Of a DNA stretch of 11,931 nucleotides, positions 1 through 7,124 are shown one piece after another. The DNA comes from Promethearchaeota archaeon (GTDB lineage: Archaea > Asgardarchaeota > Lokiarchaeia > Sigyniarchaeales > SOKP01): the NCBI GenBank assembly GCA_048938895.1, contig JBHLLU010000089.1, positions 1-11,931 on the forward strand, written 5' to 3'. Both the position numbers and the translations under genes were made by a program. Under the pieces are notes generated by a model that ran no database searches, was not told where the DNA came from, and saw nothing but the letters and a program-made list of their open reading frames with translations. Positions within the stretch are counted from its first letter, which is position 1. Each line of letters begins with the position of its first letter.

Positions 1-608
1 TCAACAGGTTTACTTGAATTCTTGTTGATTGTCTTTATCACATGTTTAGCATTAATACCAAAGGCACCTACTAAACTATGTCTCTTAAGAATCTCTTTAA
101 ATGCCTTGAAGATAAAAAATTTAATTAAATATTTTGGTTTTGTTATTTTAGTCGTAATATCATTTAATGTGCTTGTATATAGCTGTATCGGTCTCAAATC
201 AGTATATCTCATCGCAATCCGATTTAAAAAAGTAACATTAGGTGCAAAATTCATCGAAATAGTGCCATATTGATTATGCTCCTCAGCGGGTATAGGGATA
301 AACTCATAAATACATTTTATGGTCATGCTAGCTAAAAATTCTAGATCATCTAACGATCTTCCAACTAAAGACGGATCTCCAGTTGTGCAAGAGGAAACAT
401 TCCATGTTTTAAACTCAGGGGATTCTAAGGGAATTTTTAATAATTTTTTAAACATACCCACTGATTCCTTGAAAGTAGATGAGGTTATAAATGGTATTAA
501 CCATAAATCATCCATCTGATTCACATCATCGATAATAAATCTGTGTTTGATAACGAATTCTTTGTAGTAAGGATTGGATTCAATAGATTCAATCGTAGTG
601 GCTTTCAT
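1..608 (-). CDS. LuxE/PaaK-like acyl-protein synthetase (ANL superfamily), partial: runs off the left edge; true start may lie upstream at 689/695
   Basis: Not in the ORF track. Manual translation shows a stop-free minus frame from 731 to the window edge. From ATG 608 it reads MKATTIESIESNPYYKEF...DDLWLIPFITSSTFKES...WNVSSCTTGDPSLVGR..., matching the LuxE-type pattern NPxY / IPxIxxxxFK / SSGTTGxPS. Confidence 0.72.
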   Translation of the reverse strand, partial: MKATTIESIESNPYYKEFVIKHRFIIDDVNQMDDLWLIPFITSSTFKESVGMFKKLLKIPLESPEFKTWNVSSCTTGDPSLVGRSLDDLEFLASMTIKCIYEFIPIPAEEHNQYGTISMNFAPNVTFLNRIAMRYTDLRPIQLYTSTLNDITTKITKPKYLIKFFIFKAFKEILKRHSLVGAFGINAKHVIKTINKNSSKPV

Positions 609-871
609 TAAGTTTATAAATTCTTTATCTTTGTATGTCGAATTAACAATAGACCGTATTTTCTCATTCTGTACAACTTCTTTTGATATGGTTATTAGAA
701 TAGCCTCTTTTTGAATGATGATTATTTTGAATTATTATAATTATAAAATTTGGAACTATTTATAAACATAAGGAAGCTATTTCTTTATTAGGAATTTATT
801 TAAAGAGAGATTTTAAATTTTAAATAATCAAGAAATCTAGTAAAATATCGAAATGTTATTTGTGGTATTGT

Positions 872-1288
872 ATGATTTTTCAAACTTTTGAGGGTATTAT
901 TAGTGCCCTTCCTTATATCGCGTTGGCAATTGGGCTAATGATTGGAATACCATTTATAATTTGGGTTATATATAAATTGCTACGGACATATGACGTAATA
1001 GGTGGAATTCAAAAGGTAGAGGAAAGGGGCGACTATAAAAATCTAGAATGGTTACGGAGACAATATTATGAATTAGGATGGAGTCTCCAAGATATTGCAA
1101 ATGATCAGGGAGTAAGTATGGTGACTGTGAAAAGATGGATTGACAAGCTTAAGAGTACTTCTACTGCTAGAGCTGTTCAAGATCAAGAAAAATCTCCTAG
1201 AAAAGATGAGAAAAATACCTGTACTTTTTGTGGACAAGTAAATAATGTGGAATTTAGATTCTGTGTTTTTTGTGGGAAACCATTATAA
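872..1288 (+). CDS. Single-TM membrane protein with central helix-turn-helix and C-terminal zinc ribbon
   Basis: Hydrophobic segment ALPYIALAIGLMIGIPFIIWVIY is followed by KLLR. HTH-like segment: YKNLEWLRRQYYELGWSLQDIANDQGVSMVTVKRWIDKL. C-terminus: CTFC-x10-CVFCGKPL. ATG 872 is preferred over the track's TTG 860. Confidence 0.8.
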   Translation: MIFQTFEGIISALPYIALAIGLMIGIPFIIWVIYKLLRTYDVIGGIQKVEERGDYKNLEWLRRQYYELGWSLQDIANDQGVSMVTVKRWIDKLKSTSTARAVQDQEKSPRKDEKNTCTFCGQVNNVEFRFCVFCGKPL

Positions 1289-1401
1289 ATCCTGAGTGAA
1301 TTTCCTTGTTTTTTATTATATGAGAAACTAATTATTATTTCCATTATTTTCTTTAAAAAAGAATTCTAACTAGTAAAAAAAGCAAAAATTTTTTTTCTGA
1401 T

Positions 1402-2586
1402 ATGCTACCCGCATGGCTAAGTTTTCTCATCGTAATTGGTGTAGTGTTAGCCCTTTCCAAGTATGAATTAGGTATTGTTCTAACTTTGGGCGCCTTTGGT
1501 TTTGCGATTTTAGCAGGAGTTAATATTCTTCAATCGTTAATCAATGTATTGACGGATCTAACAGTATTAGCTTTAATAGTTGTTATGATACTTATTCCGA
1601 TTCTTGGGGGAATAATGGAAGAATCAGGTTTGATGATGGAGATGATTCAAAAAATGCGAATTTCAAAAAGATCCTCTCTTATGCTAATACCTGCATTATT
1701 TGGACTTTTACCAGTACCTGGGGGTGCTTTGATGTCAGCTCCCATTGTGCAACAAATAGATTCTGAAGAGGAGGCGACCAAAAAAGTTTCAATAAATGTA
1801 TGGTATAGGCATATGCTAATATTGGTGTATCCATTGTCTTCATCATTGATTTTAGCGAGCGTCCTTACAGAAATCAATCTTTATACCATTGTTCTTGGAT
1901 TAATCCCAGGTCTAATTATCATGTGGTTAATAGGATACTTTACGTTGGTAAGGAATGTGTCTCCCTTTACAGAACAAGGAGAAAGGGATCTCAAGCGTGC
2001 TTTTCATAATTTACTACCAATTCTTATTGCTCCAATTGTTGATTTTATTGGTAGGGCATTTTTTAATTTCTCGGTTCCAGAATTATTCCTTCTTTTAGGT
2101 TTGGTCTTTAGTATTTGGCTTGCTTTCCGGTTTAGTAAAATGAAATTATTAAGTATTAAAACTATCTCACAAAAAATGAAAATTTGGCGATTTCCCTTAA
2201 TAATATTTTCAATGTTTATATTTTTAGAGGTGTTCATTCTCTCTGGTGCTGATAAAGAAATAGCTAGTCTAAATTTATCAGTATTTCTTTTTATATTGAT
2301 TGGTTTTTTTCTTGGTTTTGCTACGGGTCGTATCCAACTCCCCATCTCAATACTAATCCCTATTTACATAGCACAGTTTTCGACTATACCACTGCTAGAT
2401 TTTATTTTTCTTTATACTTCAATTTCTTTAGGATATCTAATTACTCCACTTCATCCCTGCGTTGCCTATAGTACAGAATACTTTGAGACGGATTTTAATA
2501 AAGTAGTAAAAATACTAGGTATACCAATTTTTCTCTCGTTTATAACTTTACTTGGTGTATATGGGATTTTCTTATTTTTTAGTTAA
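1402..2586 (+). CDS. DUF401 family polytopic membrane protein (putative transporter)
   Basis: 394 aa with about 10-11 hydrophobic segments. Family-typical motifs GLLPVPGGALMSAP, NVWYRH and GYLITPLHPC...EYF. Confidence 0.85.
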   Translation: MLPAWLSFLIVIGVVLALSKYELGIVLTLGAFGFAILAGVNILQSLINVLTDLTVLALIVVMILIPILGGIMEESGLMMEMIQKMRISKRSSLMLIPALFGLLPVPGGALMSAPIVQQIDSEEEATKKVSINVWYRHMLILVYPLSSSLILASVLTEINLYTIVLGLIPGLIIMWLIGYFTLVRNVSPFTEQGERDLKRAFHNLLPILIAPIVDFIGRAFFNFSVPELFLLLGLVFSIWLAFRFSKMKLLSIKTISQKMKIWRFPLIIFSMFIFLEVFILSGADKEIASLNLSVFLFILIGFFLGFATGRIQLPISILIPIYIAQFSTIPLLDFIFLYTSISLGYLITPLHPCVAYSTEYFETDFNKVVKILGIPIFLSFITLLGVYGIFLFFS

Positions 2587-2601
2587 ATAAAATTGGTCGA
2601 A

Positions 2602-4374
2602 TTAGAGTTTTATTTTCCCGTTTAAAATATCTTGATATTTTTCCTGGTCAAATAGGATATACTTTTTTATCAAGGAGTCCCAAAGATACATTGGTTCATC
2701 AATTTCATTGAGATTAAAACCTTCTTTTCGAAGATTTGCTTTTTGAATTTTTTTACTCCCAGTTATTTCTAATTTTTGTTTTAGACGAATAAATATTGGG
2801 ATAGAGTACTTTGGTAACACTTCTAAAACAAAACGAGAAATCTCATCTTCGTTAAATCCAATTGTAGGATCAATTTTTATCGCAGCCATACCCGCTTTTC
2901 CCTCATGATTGGGGATTTCCACACCGTACACGGCATTCATTAAAATCGATTCATGGGAATTTAATATGTTTTCAACTTCTTGAGTAGAAACGTTTTCTCC
3001 TTTCCATCGGAAAGTATCACCGAATCTATCTGCAAAAGAAAGCCACATATCATCATGGAGTTGAAGTAAATCACCCGTTATAAAATATGCATCTCCTTTT
3101 TCAAAAACATTGCGAATTACTCTTTCATTAGTTTTTCTTGTGTCGCTATACTTTCTGAAATTATCTATTTCTGGGATTTTCATCAAAGACATTCCCACAT
3201 CTCCGGGTTCACATTTGATATATAAACCATCTTCACTTTTAAATAGTTCACCTGTTTCAGGGTCTGCTTTTACTAGTGCGTGATTTTCTGCGATGTTTCT
3301 TCCAATCATCCCTGGAACCTCATCTACGTTTACAATAGGCCCGTAACCTTCAGTGGAACTATAATATTCAAAAATATGTTCGATTTGGAATCGTTCCTTA
3401 AACTTAAGCCAAATATCTTTTCTTAAACCAAGCCCTAGCATTTTTTTGAGGGTATGGTTTTTTTCTAAATCAGAAGGAGGTTGATTTAAAATATATCGAG
3501 GAATTTCGCCGACATATGTGGTAAAGGTTATTTTATACTTATGGATATCTTTCCAAAAACTAGAAGCAGAAAACCTTTTACGCAATACAACTGTTGCTCC
3601 CAAATAGACCGCTATTCCCCATGCTGTACATATTGAGAGAGAGTGATATAAAGGATTTGCTATTAAAATTATATCATCTGAATTTGCTTGAGTTATTGAA
3701 TAGCCATAAAATACACCATTCCATGTGGTTGATTGATTTTCTATGATCACAGCTTTAGGAAGACCGGTTGTTCCTGAAGTGTAGATATATGAAGCAATAT
3801 CTGTCATTTTCGAATTAAAAGTGGTACCTGGATTTTTTTTGGAAATATCTATTAATTCTGTTTGCAAATCTACTCCTCTATTATCCTTACTTTCTAGATT
3901 GTATATAATAAAGATATCATCCTTGTTGAAAGGAAGATCCTTAATTACCTCAAGTAAACTTGGCAAACAAGCCCCGTCCACAATAATACATTTAGCATTT
4001 ACAATTTTAATTGAATGAATTAAAGCTTGTTGTCTTTGGTTAATATTAATTAATGCACTTATTCCTTGTATTTTATTTATTCCTGTAGTTACAAAGAAAT
4101 ATTTTGGTGAATTTTCTAGCATTACCGCAATAGTATCTTCGGGTAGCAATCCTTTCTTTTTAAAATAATTCGCAAATCTATTCGATTCTTCATTGAATTC
4201 CTCCCAAGTCCATGATCTATCCTCGTAAAATAAAGCAGTTTTATTTGGAAATTCTGCTGCAAGTTGTTCAACATAAATACCTACACTTTGATTTTCATTC
4301 TCCCATACTTCCTCTGCTTTTGCCACATATCTGTCATATACCTCAAGTTCTTTCGGCGTAAAATTTGCTTCCAC
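2602..4374 (-). CDS. Long-chain acyl-CoA synthetase, FATP/SLC27 (FadD6-like) subfamily
   Basis: AMP-binding loop YIYTSGTTGLPKA, plus YVGEIPRY, YSSTEG and the FATP signature TGDLL...FADRFGDTFRWKGENVSTQEVE, followed by YGVEIPNHEGKAGMAA. GTG start. Confidence 0.93.
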   Translation of the reverse strand: MEANFTPKELEVYDRYVAKAEEVWENENQSVGIYVEQLAAEFPNKTALFYEDRSWTWEEFNEESNRFANYFKKKGLLPEDTIAVMLENSPKYFFVTTGINKIQGISALININQRQQALIHSIKIVNAKCIIVDGACLPSLLEVIKDLPFNKDDIFIIYNLESKDNRGVDLQTELIDISKKNPGTTFNSKMTDIASYIYTSGTTGLPKAVIIENQSTTWNGVFYGYSITQANSDDIILIANPLYHSLSICTAWGIAVYLGATVVLRKRFSASSFWKDIHKYKITFTTYVGEIPRYILNQPPSDLEKNHTLKKMLGLGLRKDIWLKFKERFQIEHIFEYYSSTEGYGPIVNVDEVPGMIGRNIAENHALVKADPETGELFKSEDGLYIKCEPGDVGMSLMKIPEIDNFRKYSDTRKTNERVIRNVFEKGDAYFITGDLLQLHDDMWLSFADRFGDTFRWKGENVSTQEVENILNSHESILMNAVYGVEIPNHEGKAGMAAIKIDPTIGFNEDEISRFVLEVLPKYSIPIFIRLKQKLEITGSKKIQKANLRKEGFNLNEIDEPMYLWDSLIKKYILFDQEKYQDILNGKIKL

Positions 4375-4401
4375 CTAGTATCCCCAAATATGCCTTTATT
4401 C

Positions 4402-4408
4402 TTATAAA
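4402..4408 (-). promoter_or_regulatory. Candidate archaeal TATA box for the acyl-CoA synthetase gene
   Basis: Minus strand reads TTTATAA about 30 nt upstream of GTG 4374, consistent with a short leader. The AT-rich context weakens specificity. Confidence 0.35.
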
Positions 4409-4512
4409 TATAGTATATGAACTATGTATTGGTAAATAATTGGAACAATAAAATGTTTTAGATTATATCATGAAGAAGCTTCTACTTATTTCAATAAATA
4501 AATGAGAATGAA

Positions 4513-5046
4513 TTAAAATTTCTTGAGACGATAATAGAATCCAGGAAGCCAAAGAATGATGCCTAATAAAGATCCTAAGAGAAAAGTAATAGGATCTCCC
4601 CATAACACTAATTTATAAAAAGCTGTTAAACCAAAAATGGTTATACCAATTAGAATTCTTAGAACATATTGAAATTTATTGTGGATTGCTTGATATAAAA
4701 GATAAAAGGTAATTAAAATAGCATGTCCACTGAAAGGAATATTTATAATATATCTTATAAAAGCAACTAGTCCAATCACTCCACATTCGGTAAATAATAA
4801 AATATATTCAACTCGTTTATGTCCTTCATTCCACATCCAAATACTTTCTCCTAACAAAATTCCATACGGTAAGAAAATGGGGATCATATACAATGGAGGG
4901 GTACTGATATCTAATGTTTCAGTGGTAGTAGTGACAACGGGATACCCTCTAATAAAAAAATATAAGACAGAAAAAAAAGTTAAAAAAACCCCTGTACTGT
5001 AGACTATGACGAATTCTCTAGCTGAAGGTTTCAGCTTGCTTAACAT
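4513..5046 (-). CDS. Integral membrane protein (~5-6 TM), possible degenerate PAP2-like fold
   Basis: 177 aa, mostly hydrophobic, with motifs PFSGHA and YKLVLWGDPITFLLGSLLG. A GAGG RBS at 5055-5052 precedes the ATG. It lies 12 nt downstream of the wHTH gene, so the two are probably co-transcribed. Confidence 0.75.
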   Translation of the reverse strand: MLSKLKPSAREFVIVYSTGVFLTFFSVLYFFIRGYPVVTTTTETLDISTPPLYMIPIFLPYGILLGESIWMWNEGHKRVEYILLFTECGVIGLVAFIRYIINIPFSGHAILITFYLLYQAIHNKFQYVLRILIGITIFGLTAFYKLVLWGDPITFLLGSLLGIILWLPGFYYRLKKF

Positions 5047-5058
5047 CTAAACCTCTAC

Positions 5059-5448
5059 CTAAGTCATCTGTTTAAATAAAGCTTGGAATTCTGCCTTGAC
5101 GTCTGTTAATCCTAAATTTTCAAGTAGTTCAATCGATTTTTTACTAAGAGAATAAAATGATCTCGGTTCAGAGCGTTTATACTCCATTTTTTTTTCATTT
5201 TTGATAAATTTTTTTTCCTTAAGTACTTTAAGATGATAATTTAAGTTATTTTCTGGAATAGAAGGCAGTAACTCCCTCAGTTGGCTGAATGAGAGTGATT
5301 TTTCACTTGCAAGTAAGGTTAATAAAATTTTATACCGTGTTTTTTCTGAGATAATTTCCAATTCTTTTCTCATATTTTCAAGTTTTTTTGGAGTTTCCAA
5401 ATCAATTACCTCTCTATATTTATATTGGTTTTTTTCATTTAATTCCAT
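5059..5448 (-). CDS. ArsR/HxlR-like winged-helix transcriptional regulator
   Basis: ISEKTRYKILLTL...LSFSQLRELL...NNLNYHLKVLKEKKFI...FYSLS is the canonical ArsR-type wHTH pattern. No Cys residues. Start is either ATG 5448 or ATG 5469. Confidence 0.85.
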   Translation of the reverse strand: MELNEKNQYKYREVIDLETPKKLENMRKELEIISEKTRYKILLTLLASEKSLSFSQLRELLPSIPENNLNYHLKVLKEKKFIKNEKKMEYKRSEPRSFYSLSKKSIELLENLGLTDVKAEFQALFKQMT

Positions 5449-5480
5449 GTAAAATATGGATAGGCGCATATTTAAATTTA

Positions 5481-5503
5481 ACTCAAAATTAATTGAGTCA
5501 ATT
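5481..5503. promoter_or_regulatory. Overlapping inverted repeats, candidate operator for the wHTH regulator
   Basis: ACTCAA-N6-TTGAGT (5481-5498) overlaps AATTGA-G-TCAATT (5491-5503) in the divergent intergenic region. Confidence 0.5.
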
Positions 5504-5573
5504 ATTATTGGTATATAATAATTTATAGTATAAATGAATTTCTAAATTATTTTATATAAATTGGGGGAATAAT

Positions 5574-6065
5574 ATGGAAGTTTCACACGAGAGTGCGTGG
5601 GATGAGTTTTTGGATGAATTTATTAACATCTTTTCAGTTTATGATCTAACCAAGAACAAAATCTTCATATGTGGCTCTTATAGTGATGAAACCTTCATTA
5701 CACTCCAAGAAGTACAAAAGATTGTAAATGCTATAGAAAATAATCTCGGTTTTTTTGAAAAAGAATTTAGACGGACTCACCTTGAGAATTTAATCTTGAA
5801 ATTTGATCTTATCGCGAAATTCTCGAATGAAATCCTCATGGTAATAGAGCACGATAAAGGAGGTCATATGATTGAGATGGGAATTATCCTCTCTTTTAAG
5901 GAATTTTTTGATAAAACCAAAGTTTTTGTCTTAAAAGATGTGGAAATTACCGAAGTACTAAAAAGGGGAGGATTACTAACACCTTTTTTTAAGGAGGGTG
6001 AGTCCTTGTTTTATTTTGAAGATATCGAAACCTTAAAAAATTGTGTAAGGACACTATATTCTTAA
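5574..6065 (+). CDS. Hypothetical protein, nucleoside 2'-deoxyribosyltransferase (NDT)/TIR-like flavodoxin fold
   Basis: KIFICGSY strand-loop, then SNEILMVIEH and GGHMIEMGII, resembling the NDT 'GTxxElG' motif with its Glu retained. GGGGG RBS-like run upstream. Confidence 0.6.
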   Translation: MEVSHESAWDEFLDEFINIFSVYDLTKNKIFICGSYSDETFITLQEVQKIVNAIENNLGFFEKEFRRTHLENLILKFDLIAKFSNEILMVIEHDKGGHMIEMGIILSFKEFFDKTKVFVLKDVEITEVLKRGGLLTPFFKEGESLFYFEDIETLKNCVRTLYS

Positions 6066-6206
6066 AACAATAAATCTTTCAATAAAATTTCAAAAGAAAG
6101 CTTAAATAGAGAAAAATCTTAATTAAACATTGGAATAAAATCTAATGATAACGAAATTAGGTTTAAATCAATAAGGATTATAATTAAAATAAGGTGGAAG
6201 GAAATA

Positions 6207-6590
6207 ATGAGAGATTTAACAGTAATTTTGAAAAACCAACCAGGTATGCTAGCAGACATGGGAGAAGCATTGGGTAAGAATGGTATTAATATGGAGGGAT
6301 TGTGTGGATTTCCCCAAAATGATGAGGGAATCATTCATATTTTGGTAGAAGATGAAACTACTACCAAGTGGGTTCTTGAAAATGAAGGATTTGAAGTACG
6401 TGCTATTCGTGAAGTGCTTGTTTTGGACATAGGAAATATCGCTGGAAAACCCGGAACAGGAGGTAAGATGGCACGAAGAATAGGTAAAGCAGGAGTCAAT
6501 ATAGATCTTATATATTTAGCGGAGAACAATCGAATAGTGCTTGGAGTTGATAATTTAGAAAAGGCTCGTGCTGCTTTAGATATGAAGTAG
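6207..6590 (+). CDS. ACT-domain (tandem ACT) amino-acid-binding protein
   Basis: LTVILKNQPGMLADMGEALGKNGINMEG and a second repeat GKPGTGGKMARRIGKAGVNIDLIY...VLGVDNLEKARAAL. AGGTGG/AGGA RBS upstream. Confidence 0.9.
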   Translation: MRDLTVILKNQPGMLADMGEALGKNGINMEGLCGFPQNDEGIIHILVEDETTTKWVLENEGFEVRAIREVLVLDIGNIAGKPGTGGKMARRIGKAGVNIDLIYLAENNRIVLGVDNLEKARAALDMK

Positions 6591-6640
6591 TGAAAAAGCT
6601 TATTAATTAAATATTTTATTCACTTTACTATTTTTTTATA
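6586..6640 (+). terminator. Putative terminator (imperfect stem plus oligo-T) after the ACT gene
   Basis: AGTAGTGAA...TTCACTTTACT imperfect inverted repeat followed by a T7 run. Confidence 0.35.
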
Positions 6641-6803
6641 TTTTAAGAAAAAATTTAAATTGGGTTTTTTTGCATTTATAGCTTATGGATATTTCATCAT
6701 TATCGATCCTTACAAAATATTTAGTAAAACCTAATATTGGATAGATAAACTTAAATTATTCTGTAGAGGATTGTGATACATTACTTGGTGAAGCCAAAAT
6801 AAA

Positions 6804-7004
6804 ATGGAAGATGAACAATATCTAGGATTATGTATAATAGGAATAAGTGGTGCAATATTATTTTATTCATTTACCATTTTGAGTCGACCCTCCGAGGCGT
6901 CTCTTATTTTTGGTTTCCAGTTATTAGGTGCTTCTGTAATTTTTATCATTGCGGGTGCATTGCTTATTGTAAGAGGATTGAAATATAGAAAGATAAAAAA
7001 ATAA
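6804..7004 (+). CDS. Small two-TM membrane protein
   Basis: 66 aa with two hydrophobic helices and a basic C-terminal tail (RGLKYRKIKK, positive-inside). GGTGA upstream at 6787-6791. It fills otherwise empty space. Confidence 0.7.
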   Translation: MEDEQYLGLCIIGISGAILFYSFTILSRPSEASLIFGFQLLGASVIFIIAGALLIVRGLKYRKIKK

Positions 7005-7124
7005 CTCTAGTTCTAATATTTCTAAAATGTCTTTTTGGTAAATTTTTTAAGGTCTCTCTTGTAAAATAAATTATTTATTCCTAAAAATATTGAAATTCAA
7101 TACCGTTTGAAACTTGATTTGAAG

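Noticed and set aside
22-519. Plus-strand ORFs 22..273 and 319..519
   Set aside because: Antisense shadows of the longer minus-strand LuxE-like frame, with no motifs of their own.
1647-2345. Minus-strand ORFs 1647..1877 and 2004..2345
   Set aside because: Fully antisense to the well-supported DUF401 gene.
2602-2613. C-terminal IKL of the FATP-type ligase resembling a peroxisomal PTS1 signal
   Set aside because: Not a canonical SKL. Similar endings occur in bacterial members of the subfamily, and the context is prokaryotic.
3821-4018. Plus-strand 65-aa ORF
   Set aside because: Antisense within the acyl-CoA synthetase.
4474-4483. Perfect 10-bp palindrome AGAAGCTTCT
   Set aside because: Single short occurrence, plausible by chance. 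No second copy seen in intergenic DNA.
5044-5061. wHTH and membrane genes are in the same frame separated by TAG GTA GAG GTT TAG, suggesting amber readthrough (pyrrolysine) fusion
   Set aside because: It would need two readthroughs, the spacer contains a normal GAGG RBS, and no pyl genes are in the window. Sharing a frame has a one-in-three chance.
6119-6529. Minus-strand ORFs 6119..6334 and 6335..6529 (abutting across a TGA)
   Set aside because: Antisense to the clear ACT-domain gene. No selenoprotein-like context or recognisable motif.
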